The position numbers were made by a program, and so were the translations under genes. From an uncultured bacterium (GTDB lineage Bacteria; T1Sed10-126), in the NCBI GenBank assembly GCA_964566495.1, contig CAZMIT010000018.1, positions 1 through 22,295 on the forward strand: DNA of 22,295 nucleotides, read 5' to 3'. Shown here piece by piece: positions 1 to 8,282 of the stretch. Positions within the stretch are counted from its first letter, which is position 1; every line of letters starts with the position of its first letter. The notes under the pieces are model-generated. The model was not told the DNA's origin. It saw nothing but the letters and a program-made list of their open reading frames with translations, and did not search any database.

Positions 1-812
1 TGACCTTTAAAATGGGGTATGAAACGGTAGGCAAAGAAAAATTAAAAAATCTGCGGCGCACCAGCCGCTTCGTCTACGAGGTTGCCAACATTTCCCCCGA
101 TCATCGCAAACCCTACGTTGGCGACTCTGCTTTTGCTCACAAGGGCGGCATTCACGTTAGTGCTGTTCGCCGCAATCCCGAGACCTATGAACACCTGCAG
201 CCGGAACTGGTTGGTAACTCACGCCGGGTCCTGGTCAGTGAGCTTTCCGGTAAGAGTAACGTCCTGCAGAAAGCTGAAGAGCTGGAGCTTGATATCGAGG
301 ACGAGGACGAAGTGCGCCGAATCGTCGGAAAGGTTAAAGAGTTAGAAAATAAGGGTTATCAGTATGAAGCTGCTGATGGTTCCTTCGAAATCCTGGTAAA
401 TGAACTGCAGGGGAAACATAAAGTCTATTTTAGTTTAGATGGTTTTCGAGTGATAAGTGAACAAAAGGAGGACGTGCAGCGGCTCTGTGAGGCGACAATT
501 AAGGTACGGGTTGGTGATCAGATTGAACACACTGCTGCAGATGGCGTCGGTCCCGTGAACGCCCTGGATAAAGCACTCGGGAAGGCTCTTGACCCCTTTT
601 ATCCCGAACTGAAGGAAGCACATCTGACGGATTTTAAAGTACGGGTCCTGGATGAGCGTGCTGGTACTGCTGCCAAGGTTCGCGTTTTAATAACTATGGC
701 TGACCAGGATGAATCCTGGAGCACTGTTGGTGTCTCCGAAAACATCATCGAAGCGAGCTGGGAAGCTCTTACGGATGGCGTTGATTATAAACTCATGAAA
801 ACGCGGGACTAA
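1..812 (+). CDS. cimA: Citramalate synthase (alpha-isopropylmalate synthase family), 5' partial
   Basis: Frame is open from the window edge. Motifs YVGDSAFAHKGGIHVSAV, YEH..PELVGN.RRVLVSELSG.SN, GYQYEAADGSFE and a LeuA-type allosteric C-terminus (GVGPVNALDKAL, WSTVGVSENIIEASWEAL) match bacterial CimA. Confidence 0.85.
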   Translation, partial: TFKMGYETVGKEKLKNLRRTSRFVYEVANISPDHRKPYVGDSAFAHKGGIHVSAVRRNPETYEHLQPELVGNSRRVLVSELSGKSNVLQKAEELELDIEDEDEVRRIVGKVKELENKGYQYEAADGSFEILVNELQGKHKVYFSLDGFRVISEQKEDVQRLCEATIKVRVGDQIEHTAADGVGPVNALDKALGKALDPFYPELKEAHLTDFKVRVLDERAGTAAKVRVLITMADQDESWSTVGVSENIIEASWEALTDGVDYKLMKTRD

Positions 813-916
813 CCCCCCTCTTTTGTATTTTCTCCCCCGATGGGGGAAAAAGAGAGGAATGTTTTCTGAATATCCCCTCGCCCCCGTTGGGGGAGAGGGC
901 CAGGGAGAGGGGGAGA
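813..916. repeat. Inverted doublet of C/G-run REP-like palindromes (CCCCTCTCCC...CCCC-N3-GGGG family)
   Basis: Hairpin tccccc-gat-ggggga at 833-847 and ccctcgccccc-gtt-gggggagaggg-ccagggagagggg from 875. Related copies lie at 4871-4916 and 19595-19646. Confidence 0.65.
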
Positions 917-954
917 ATCAGAATGATAACGAAAAAGTCAAAGGAGGATCATAA

Positions 955-3612
955 TTGGAGATAGAAGAATATAACCCTGCGGAGTTTGAAAGCGATATTT
1001 ACGAAAAGTGGTTGGAGGAGGATGTTTTTACCGCTGACGATAGTTCAGAGCGAGAAAAATTTTCAATGGTTATTCCCCCTCCGAATGTTACGGGAACGCT
1101 CCACATGGGACATGCTCTCAACTGTACTCTGCAGGATGTTTTGGCCCGCTGGCGTAACCTGCAGGGCTACGAAGTGCTCTGGCTCCCGGGGACCGACCAC
1201 GCCGGCATCGCCACCCAGAACGTGGTTGAGCGTCAGCTGGCGGAAGAGGGCAGCAGCCGGGAGGAGCTCGGTCGAGAAAAATTTCTCAACCGTGTCTGGG
1301 AGTGGAAACAAGAATACGGTGACCAGATTATTCGCCAGCTTAAGGCCCTTGGTGTCTCATGTGACTGGAGTCGCGAGCGCTTTACTCTAGACGAGGGCCT
1401 CTCCAGAGCTGTTACAGAGGTTTTTATCCAACTTTACGAGGATGAGCTTATCTACCAGGGCGACTACATAGTAAACTGGTGCCCTCGTTGTCACACGGCA
1501 CTCTCCGATGTCGAGGTCGAACACCAGGCGGTGGACGGCAACTGGTATCACATAAAATATCCGCTCCTCGATTCGGACGATTATCTGCACATTGCTACTA
1601 CTCGTCCGGAGACGATGCTTGGTGATACCGCCGTTGCTTTTCATCCGCGCGACGAACGTTATGATCATCTCGAGGGGGAAAAAGCTCTGCTCCCACTCGT
1701 TGATCGTGAGCTCCCCATTATTGCTGACGATCGGGTTGATCCTGAGTTTGGCTCCGGTCTCGTAAAAATTACTCCCGGGCATGACGACCTTGACTTTAGA
1801 ATTGGCGAGGATCATGACCTGGAGCTCATTAACCTATTGAACGAAGACGGCACCTACAATCAAAACGCCGGCCAGACCTACGCTGGGCTTGATCGGTATG
1901 AAGTCCGTGAAAAGGTAGTTGAGGACTTGCGTCAGCAGGATTATTTGATAGAAATTGAGTCTTACGAACATGAGGTTGGTCACTGTTACCGCTGTGACAC
2001 CGAGATTGAACCTTATGTTTCAAAACAGTGGTTTGTTTCAATGAAACCGCTGGCCGAACCGGCAATTGAAGCGGTAGAGGAAGATGCCGTAGAATTTTAT
2101 CCGGAACGCTGGGAGAAAACTTATTTTGAGTGGATGGAAAACATTCGTGACTGGTGTATCAGTCGCCAGATCTGGTGGGGGCACCGGATTCCCGTCTGGT
2201 ATGGTCCCGATGGTGAGGCCATTGTCGCCCGCAACGAGGAAGAAGCAGACGAAAAAGCAAAAGAAATTTACGGTGAACCGGTAGATCTGGAGCAGGATTC
2301 AGACGTTCTTGATACCTGGTTCTCCTCTGCCCTCTGGCCGTTCTCCACCCTGGGCTGGCCGGACGAAACCGCCGACCTGGAGGCCTTTTATCCTACCGAT
2401 GTTCTTTCGACCGGTTTTGACATAATATATTTTTGGGTTGCCCGGATGATTATGATGGGTTATTACTGCCTGGACGAGCGCCCCTTCGACGACGTTTATA
2501 TCCATGCCCTGATTAGAACCGAGTCCGGCGAGAAGATGAGTAAATCGCTGGGCAACGTTATTGATCCGCTTGACGTGATTGATGAATACGGCTGTGATGC
2601 ACTGCGCTTCACCTTGTGTGCTCTCGCCGCCCAGGGCCGGGACATCAGACTCTCCTACGATCGTGTAAAAGGTTTTCGGAATTTCGCCAACAAAATCTGG
2701 AACGCAGCTCGTTACCTGGATTTTGCTCTCGACGACCCCGCGGCAGACTACCTCTCGGAACCGATTGACTTAGATTATTGCTCCCCCCTTGAAAAATGGA
2801 TCCTGGGTCGGTTCAAAAAACGGTTAAAAGTGGCGGCGGAAGAACTCAAAAACTATAATTTTGATCGTTATGCCGACAACCTCTATCAGTTTTTCTGGCA
2901 TGAATACTGTGATTGGTACATTGAGTTCTCCAAGAAACGGTTGGAGTTGTCTGAGGGGGAGGAGAAGCGTAACGTTGAAAGGGTTTTATATCAAATTCTG
3001 ATTGAATCATTAAAGGCTCTTCACCCAGTGATTCCGCATTTGACAGAAAAACTTTACGGTGAGTTCGAGGGCGACGAGGCGATGATCGTAAACGCTAACT
3101 GGCCGCGGCCACCAGCAGCCTGGCAGTCGGATAAAGCGCCTCGGATTGTTAATATGTTACGTGAAGTGATCCGTGCCGGTCGTCATCTTAAAAAAGAGTT
3201 TAACGTTCAACGCAGTGAAGGCGTGGAGCTGTTGATTGAACCGGAGAATAGTTTCGTACGGGAACTGTTGGATCTGGAGGCTTATGTCTGTGATCTTGCT
3301 GACGTCGAGAGCTTCAAGCTGCTGGAAGGCGAGAAACCGTCGGAGATGTGTTCCGCCGAAGTACTTGATTTTGGGACAGTATTTCTGCCTTTGGCTGGAA
3401 TAATTGACGTGCAGAAGGAAAAACAGCGCCTCCAGAGAGATTTAGAGGAGCGTCGCCAGCGTATCGAGGAATTGAAACAGCGGTTGGAAAATCCACAATT
3501 TCTGGAGAACGCTCCCCTGGACGTTATTGAAGAGAGTCGGGAAGAGCTGGTTGAAGTTGAGGATGAGATTGAACGACTGGAGGAAACCATTTCATTGCTG
3601 CAGGAGGAGTGA
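955..3612 (+). CDS. valS: Valine--tRNA ligase
   Basis: PPPNVTGTLHMGH (HIGH), GTDHAGIATQ, DWCISRQIWWGH, DVLDTWFSS, KMSKS and a C-terminal coiled-coil arm. TTG start with SD aaggagg at 941-947. Confidence 0.98.
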   Translation: MEIEEYNPAEFESDIYEKWLEEDVFTADDSSEREKFSMVIPPPNVTGTLHMGHALNCTLQDVLARWRNLQGYEVLWLPGTDHAGIATQNVVERQLAEEGSSREELGREKFLNRVWEWKQEYGDQIIRQLKALGVSCDWSRERFTLDEGLSRAVTEVFIQLYEDELIYQGDYIVNWCPRCHTALSDVEVEHQAVDGNWYHIKYPLLDSDDYLHIATTRPETMLGDTAVAFHPRDERYDHLEGEKALLPLVDRELPIIADDRVDPEFGSGLVKITPGHDDLDFRIGEDHDLELINLLNEDGTYNQNAGQTYAGLDRYEVREKVVEDLRQQDYLIEIESYEHEVGHCYRCDTEIEPYVSKQWFVSMKPLAEPAIEAVEEDAVEFYPERWEKTYFEWMENIRDWCISRQIWWGHRIPVWYGPDGEAIVARNEEEADEKAKEIYGEPVDLEQDSDVLDTWFSSALWPFSTLGWPDETADLEAFYPTDVLSTGFDIIYFWVARMIMMGYYCLDERPFDDVYIHALIRTESGEKMSKSLGNVIDPLDVIDEYGCDALRFTLCALAAQGRDIRLSYDRVKGFRNFANKIWNAARYLDFALDDPAADYLSEPIDLDYCSPLEKWILGRFKKRLKVAAEELKNYNFDRYADNLYQFFWHEYCDWYIEFSKKRLELSEGEEKRNVERVLYQILIESLKALHPVIPHLTEKLYGEFEGDEAMIVNANWPRPPAAWQSDKAPRIVNMLREVIRAGRHLKKEFNVQRSEGVELLIEPENSFVRELLDLEAYVCDLADVESFKLLEGEKPSEMCSAEVLDFGTVFLPLAGIIDVQKEKQRLQRDLEERRQRIEELKQRLENPQFLENAPLDVIEESREELVEVEDEIERLEETISLLQEE

Positions 3613-3633
3613 TTACCCCTGGCAAAAGCTGTA

Positions 3634-4281
3634 GTGCTTGAAGACGCTGTTTTAGTCGCCGGTCATCCACGATCAGGAACCTCGCTGGCCTGCCAGCTCG
3701 TGGAAAGCGCCGGTGTTACATTTCCCTCGGATTTCGAGGGTGACGACTACAACCGCGCCGGTTATTACGAAATCAAGCTGGCTAAGGAGCTTTCCAAGGA
3801 GCTTATTGAGGAAGCTATGACTCCGGAAATAACCGCGCGGATGAATAAAGTGGTCCGGCGCTTAAACCGTGTCCAGGGGGAGGCCGGTTTGAAATTGGTT
3901 CGTGTGCCCGCCCTCTTCTTTTACCGTCATATCGCTAAAAGTCTCAGACTGATTCTTATCTACCGCCATCCTGCTGATGTCAAAGCCAGTCTCTTTAAGC
4001 GTGGTCTGGGAGAATTTCCCTTGTCCTGGTTTAAGAACAGCAACGCCTTGATTGCCGCCTACGAAAACGTGGAGGATAGTATAATTATTAGCTATAAGTC
4101 AATAATTAATCGCGAACCGCACGTTTTAGAGGGGTTTGAAGGCTTAGGATTGTCGATTAATTTTGATCGGGTTGATCGCAAACAGCAGACACAAGCTAAC
4201 AGTCGTATCTGCCTGCGGGCGGAGGAAAAAAAACTTTACGAGCGACTGCAGGAGTTGGAACGGGAAAGCTGTTCTAACTAA
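3634..4281 (+). CDS. Sulfotransferase family protein
   Basis: N-terminal PAPS-binding loop VAGHPRSGTSL, N..GYYE, and a 3'-PB-like YRHPADVKASL motif. GTG start. Confidence 0.75.
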   Translation: MLEDAVLVAGHPRSGTSLACQLVESAGVTFPSDFEGDDYNRAGYYEIKLAKELSKELIEEAMTPEITARMNKVVRRLNRVQGEAGLKLVRVPALFFYRHIAKSLRLILIYRHPADVKASLFKRGLGEFPLSWFKNSNALIAAYENVEDSIIISYKSIINREPHVLEGFEGLGLSINFDRVDRKQQTQANSRICLRAEEKKLYERLQELERESCSN

Positions 4282-4426
4282 ACAAATCAGGGCACCAGTC
4301 ATTTGCGAAAATACGTAAATGTAAATGTGTTTTTTTATCTGACGTATCTACAGCAAGTCTACTCCCCATCTCCCACCTCTTTCTTCAGAAAACCGGGGGA
4401 AAGTTCTGCCATAATGAATTTAAACC

Positions 4427-4455
4427 TTGATAATAAACAATTGCTATTGTATATT
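4427..4455 (+). promoter_or_regulatory. Sigma70-type promoter for the 4505 gene
   Basis: TTGATA (4427-4432), 17-bp spacer, TATATT (4450-4455). SD aggagg lies upstream of ATG 4505. Confidence 0.55.
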
Positions 4456-4504
4456 ATGGCGATGCGGCAAAGAGTTATCAATCACACTTTAGGAGGGATT
4501 CAGG

Positions 4505-4822
4505 ATGATTGGCATGTGTTTTGTGAGTTTCTTGGTTTTGCTCGTCATTAGTATTATTGTCTCACTGATACTGCACTTCAGTGGCTATAGCGTTAGAGGT
4601 GGCTGGGATTCGTTTGTAAATAAAGTAATCATTGGTTGGCTGGGAGCCTGGCTGGGTTCGCCGGTTTTTGGTTACTGGTTTGACGCCCTGAAATATGAAG
4701 GGGATATAGATATTTACATAATCCCGGCCATACTTGGTGCGTTTGCACTGATTATTTTTGCCGTGGACTTTGTTCGTACCTGCAGTGCTGCCTGTGGCGG
4801 CTCGGAAGATACTTCGCTGTAG
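4505..4822 (+). CDS. GlsB/YeaQ/YmgE (transglycosylase-associated) family small membrane protein
   Basis: Three hydrophobic helices with IIGWLGAWLGSPVFG and IIPAILGAFALI patterns. Strong SD. Confidence 0.75.
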   Translation: MIGMCFVSFLVLLVISIIVSLILHFSGYSVRGGWDSFVNKVIIGWLGAWLGSPVFGYWFDALKYEGDIDIYIIPAILGAFALIIFAVDFVRTCSAACGGSEDTSL

Positions 4823-4870
4823 TCATTCCGTTTGCTGCGGCAAATAATTAATAGGTAATTGTTTACCTAT

Positions 4871-4916
4871 CCCCTCTCCCCAGTCCTTTGTATTTCCCCC
4901 CGGCAAGGGGGGAAAG
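4871..4916 (+). repeat. C/G-run REP-like palindrome
   Basis: cccctctcccc-agtcctttgta-tttcccccc-ggcaa-ggggggaaa. Shares tttgtattt plus the C-run/G-run hairpin with 813-857. Confidence 0.6.
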
Positions 4917-5058
4917 TTTTTGGAGTGGACTCATTTATGAATTGCACGGAAGAAGTCTTTTTGGGAATTAACCTAGGCTCGACATTGTCCGGAACGATCT
5001 GAGAAGGTTTTGGCGGTAGACTTAATTATTGGTTCAAATTTTTGTTCTCCCCGATTAC

Positions 5059-5087
5059 TTGATTCCCACCTTCAGATATGATATATT
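5059..5087 (+). promoter_or_regulatory. Sigma70-type promoter with extended -10, upstream of the exonuclease-HAD pair
   Basis: TTGATT (5059-5064), 17-bp spacer, TG-n-TATATT (5082-5087). Confidence 0.5.
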
Positions 5088-5099
5088 TTACTGCTCAAA

Positions 5100-5140
5100 A
5101 TCTGAGTCTATTTATTTTTTATCTGAGTCTATTTATTTTT
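5100..5140 (+). repeat. Tandem direct duplication, 21-bp period
   Basis: atctgagtctatttatttttt (5100-5120) is immediately followed by atctgagtctatttattttt (5121-5140). Confidence 0.9.
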
Positions 5141-5150
5141 GAATTAACCG

Positions 5151-5347
5151 TTTAGCGTCCCCGGGTGTTGTGAAATTGAACGTCATTGTCCGGCTTGACC
5201 GGACAATCCAGTGGCTTTGACGTTGACTTTAGACCTATTAAATTCAAAGCCGCTGGATTCCCGTTTCCACGGGAATGACGGTCAAGACCTCACGGACGTT
5301 GTTACCGGGACACCATTTGTTCTGAGAACCACAGTGAAGGCGCTAAA
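5151..5347. repeat. Nested palindromic element containing an inverted REP doublet (GTCATT...AATCC family, REPIN/BIME-like)
   Basis: gtcattgtccggcttgaccggacaatccag (5182-5211) and ctggattcccgtttccacgggaatgac (5253-5279). Inner arms ccagtggctttga/tcaaagccgctgg, outer arms ttgaacgtcatt/aatgacggtcaa, termini tttagcg/cgctaaa. Confidence 0.85.
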
Positions 5348-5419
5348 TAATTACTTTTTTAATTAAGCTGAATTTTTTGAGTGTCCAACCTACATACCAT
5401 AAACAGGAGAAACCAAGAC

Positions 5420-6046
5420 ATGTTAGCAATTTTTGAAGAAGAGGATTGGCTAATTGCTTTTACCGATGTAGAGACAACGGGATTAAACCCTGGTTATCAC
5501 GAGGTTATTGACGTAGGGATTGTGCTATCTGATCCTAAGGATGGCGAGGTGGCGAACTATCATCGGCGTGTCATGCCCGAGCATCCTGAGCGTACGATGC
5601 CCGGGGCTGCTCGTTGTAACGGCTTCAGCGTTGAAAAATGGAAGCAATTCGACACGTTGAGTGCTGAGGAAACAGTGGAAGAAATAATTGAGTTTTATCA
5701 AGAACATGCGGTCGATAAACAAGTGATGATGAGCGCCTATCGATCATCTTTTGACGCTGCTTTTCTTGATCAGATGTTTCAGAAGACAGGCAAACACGTT
5801 GATGTTGTTCATGACTACGTAATGGACTTGCCTTCGCTGGCCTGGGGGATGGGAATAAGTAAGCTCCACTCCAGTGAGATTATAGATCTGCTGGGATTGG
5901 ACGATGAGCCCCAGCACTACAATGCTGAAGATCCTACTGAGCATACTGGTCTCTCCGGGGCCAGGAAAAATTATCGTATTTACTGTGAGTTGTTAAATTT
6001 TTATGAGCCAAAGGTGGAAGCGCCTGCTGAAAAGACAGCCGGGTAG
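5420..6046 (+). CDS. DEDD/DnaQ-like 3'-5' exonuclease family protein, atypical ExoIII
   Basis: ExoI DVETTG.....HEVIDVG, ExoII-like SSFDAAFL, ExoIII-like HTGLSGA. ATG 5420 is preferred over GTG 5381 because of SD aggag at 5405-5409. Confidence 0.8.
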   Translation: MLAIFEEEDWLIAFTDVETTGLNPGYHEVIDVGIVLSDPKDGEVANYHRRVMPEHPERTMPGAARCNGFSVEKWKQFDTLSAEETVEEIIEFYQEHAVDKQVMMSAYRSSFDAAFLDQMFQKTGKHVDVVHDYVMDLPSLAWGMGISKLHSSEIIDLLGLDDEPQHYNAEDPTEHTGLSGARKNYRIYCELLNFYEPKVEAPAEKTAG

Positions 6047-6799
6047 ATGAGTAAACTTTCCGATATCAGCATATTTGTTACCGACCTTGACAGTACTCTT
6101 TTTCTCCCCGACACTACCGATCCACCGGAAGAATTTTTTTCCCTGCTGGACAGCCAGTTCCCAGTTGATTGTGGCTGGATTGTAGCGACTGGTCGTAGTT
6201 TTGAGCAGGTACGAGAATTTAGTGAGAGCTGGCCGCTGCTCCCAGAGGTGATTATTTCCCGGGAAAGATTCATCCATGTTTATAGAGGCGATGATTTTGA
6301 GCCGGATACCAGGTGGAATGAGAAGTTGCGTCTGCAAACTGAAAAAGTTGATCGAGACTGGAAAAAGCTGCTGCCGGAGCTGCTTCGCCGGCTTAAGGAG
6401 GTGGGGCTGGAGCCCGAGTCTGAGCATGGGCACCTGATTTTTGAGTCGGAGGCGGAGGCTATCAAAGCAGAAAATTTTCTGAAGCAAATGATCGACGAGG
6501 GGCATCAACCGCTGCGCAATCGAGTTCACCTGACTTTAGCGCCCGAAGAGGTGGGGAAAGGGCGCTGTTTGAAACGGCTTGAACAAACTTTTTCAATTGA
6601 GAAGTCAGATGTTATTTGTATTGGAGACTCTGCCAACGACATAGACATGCTTGACGGTCGCTACGGCTATTTGTCGGCAGCTGTTGCCAACGCAGAGCCA
6701 ATCGCTCAGAAGGCGGTTAAAAGTAACAACGGAATTTTGCTGAAAAAGCCGGCGGGCCACGGTATTCTGGAGCTTATGAAGCGTCGGCTGGAAGACTAA
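6047..6799 (+). CDS. HAD-superfamily subfamily IIB phosphatase (Cof/SPP/MPGP-like)
   Basis: Motif I DLDSTL, motif II ATGRS, motif III GKG, motif IV GDSANDIDML, then VANA. The ATG directly abuts the upstream TAG. Confidence 0.85.
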   Translation: MSKLSDISIFVTDLDSTLFLPDTTDPPEEFFSLLDSQFPVDCGWIVATGRSFEQVREFSESWPLLPEVIISRERFIHVYRGDDFEPDTRWNEKLRLQTEKVDRDWKKLLPELLRRLKEVGLEPESEHGHLIFESEAEAIKAENFLKQMIDEGHQPLRNRVHLTLAPEEVGKGRCLKRLEQTFSIEKSDVICIGDSANDIDMLDGRYGYLSAAVANAEPIAQKAVKSNNGILLKKPAGHGILELMKRRLED

Positions 6800-6807
6800 C
6801 CCGGTAC

Positions 6808-6851
6808 AAAAAAAAGAGCTTCCTCCGGGTTGGCCCGGAGGAAGCTCTTTT
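6808..6851. terminator. Bidirectional intrinsic terminator
   Basis: Perfect inverted repeat aaaagagcttcctccggg-ttgg-cccggaggaagctctttt with A and T tracts, between the convergent HAD and csp genes. Confidence 0.9.
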
Positions 6852-6879
6852 ATATAACGCTCGGTGAACTTAACCTCAC

Positions 6880-7080
6880 CTAAAGCGGGGTAACTTCGAC
6901 AGCGGCGAGGCCTTTTTCAGTTTCTTCGAGTTCGAACTCGACTTCCTGGTTTTCGTCGAGGGTCTTGTAACCTTCGACTTCGATGTCCGAAAAGTGGACA
7001 AATACATCCTCGCCCGTTTCCTGTTCGATGAAGCCGTAACCCTTGGCGTCATCAAACCATTTAACGGTCCCTGTTGGCAC
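6880..7080 (-). CDS. csp: Cold-shock protein (CspA family)
   Basis: [15 protein letters not shown] (RNP1), DVFVHFSDI (RNP2), GYKTL.ENQ.VEF. GTG start with SD aaaggagg. Confidence 0.97.
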   Translation of the reverse strand: MPTGTVKWFDDAKGYGFIEQETGEDVFVHFSDIEVEGYKTLDENQEVEFELEETEKGLAAVEVTPL

Positions 7081-7167
7081 TGCGACAACCTCCTTTGCTA
7101 CGTAGTATTCTAACCTGAAAGCCCGTCTTAACGGCCCGTCAGGCTTTTAACTATTACTGCTAACCAA

Positions 7168-7196
7168 ACTATAGCATATACAAGCTACAGTAGCAA
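7168..7196 (-). promoter_or_regulatory. Sigma70-type promoter of csp
   Basis: Minus strand TTGCTA, 17-bp spacer, TG-n-TATAGT, giving a leader of about 80 nt. Confidence 0.6.
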
Positions 7197-7218
7197 ACAA
7201 TAAATATTAATAATGAAA

Positions 7219-7749
7219 TTAATCCGCTTCTTTTTGAAAAATATCTTTCAGCCAGTCGATTGCTTTGCCCATCTGGTCGCTGTATTCGTCACGTTTCTTT
7301 ATCAGGTGGGGAATAGCTATTCCAGCTACTATGGCCCCGACCAGCACAAATATGGCGTGTAGAATTACTTTTTCAATATCAACATCGTCTTCTTTTTGGC
7401 TTCTCTCCAACAGTTGGATTAATTTATCATATATGTTTTGCAGTTCTTCTTCCGATAACCCGGGTTCGATATGTGGGCCTAATATTTCCAGTCCCTGGTT
7501 GATTTTTTTAAAGTTTTCCCCTGAAATGTTGTTGCGCTGGCTTTCAGCCACCATCTGAAGGGCACGGGATATATCTTTCAGGGAAGGTTTTGTTGCGTAA
7601 AGATACTTGCGCAGAGTTTGTTCGTCAACCTTATCCGTGGTTACAACGGCTTCAAATATTTGGCTCATGTCCTCGGGTCGCGGTTGCAGTTCAGACTCGA
7701 TATCAAGCTCAATAATCTTCTCTAACTCGTTGTTGCTGTTTTCGCTCAT
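7219..7749 (-). CDS. Hypothetical protein with a single C-terminal transmembrane helix
   Basis: 176-aa ORF, SD ggag upstream of ATG, acidic helical N-terminus, hydrophobic stretch VILHAIFVLVGAIVAGIAIPHLI followed by KKR. Confidence 0.7.
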   Translation of the reverse strand: MSENSNNELEKIIELDIESELQPRPEDMSQIFEAVVTTDKVDEQTLRKYLYATKPSLKDISRALQMVAESQRNNISGENFKKINQGLEILGPHIEPGLSEEELQNIYDKLIQLLERSQKEDDVDIEKVILHAIFVLVGAIVAGIAIPHLIKKRDEYSDQMGKAIDWLKDIFQKEAD

Positions 7750-8001
7750 TTTATCACTCCAGCATAACCTGACTATAACTTACTAAATGCAGTTATTAGG
7801 CATCCGGTTCTTTTCAGGTGAAAGCCCGGATGAGAATTAAACCAACTTCATTATAATTGAATTATTAACTAAAACAAGAGATTTTTCAAGAAACATCTCT
7901 AATCAATCGGAATCTACCGCCGACATTCGGGCAAAGTGACTCCGGACTTGACCTCTGCTATCGGCAATGATGACATCGTTGGCAGTTTTGCAGTTCAAAA
8001 G

Positions 8002-8030
8002 TTGACTCTAAGCAAAAAGTGTATTATATT
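8002..8030 (+). promoter_or_regulatory. Sigma70-type promoter for the small ORF at 8079
   Basis: TTGACT (8002-8007), 17-bp spacer, TATATT (8025-8030). Confidence 0.6.
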
Positions 8031-8078
8031 ATAAATGGAGACAGAGTGGGCGAGATTTAACAGGGAGGTGGAAGGCTA

Positions 8079-8282
8079 ATGAGTGTGGGAGCAGTGAGTG
8101 CCGAAGCTACCCCGGTCAATAGCGGACTTGCTTCGCGACGGAGTGGCCCAGCCGTCTCGCCTTCTACCTCGGCTGACACTTCCGATTTACAGCAGCGGTT
8201 GCAGCGAATAAAGATTATGGTGGAAGTACTTGAGCGTCCTGAGATAGACTTCGAGGGTCAAGTTATTGATGAGCTGGCTTGA
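8079..8282 (+). CDS. Small hypothetical protein, C-terminus reminiscent of YjfB-like proteins
   Basis: 67 aa with strong SD gggaggtg and its own promoter. Low-complexity S/A/P N-terminus, short helix, terminal GQVIDELA. Confidence 0.6.
   Translation: MSVGAVSAEATPVNSGLASRRSGPAVSPSTSADTSDLQQRLQRIKIMVEVLERPEIDFEGQVIDELA

Noticed and set aside
813..954. T-box riboswitch upstream of valS
   Set aside because: The spacer is only about 140 nt, has no TGGNACC T-box motif and is explained by C/G-run palindromes.
4300..4336. Terminator after the first sulfotransferase
   Set aside because: The stem is weak and AT-rich (catttgcg/cgtaaatg) and is separated from the T tract by 8 nt, so support is insufficient.
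4303..4551. 82-aa ORF
   Set aside because: TTG start without SD. It spans a hairpin, a repeat remnant and the promoter of the 4505 gene, and overlaps that gene out of frame.
5381..5419. GTG start for the exonuclease given in the ORF track
   Set aside because: No SD precedes it, whereas the in-frame ATG at 5420 has aggag upstream.
7925..7965. c-di-GMP-I riboswitch-like fragment (gcaaagtgactccggacttgacc)
   Set aside because: The upstream GGCAAA-stem-GAAA tetraloop arm is absent, and it lies upstream of the predicted promoter for the 8079 ORF.
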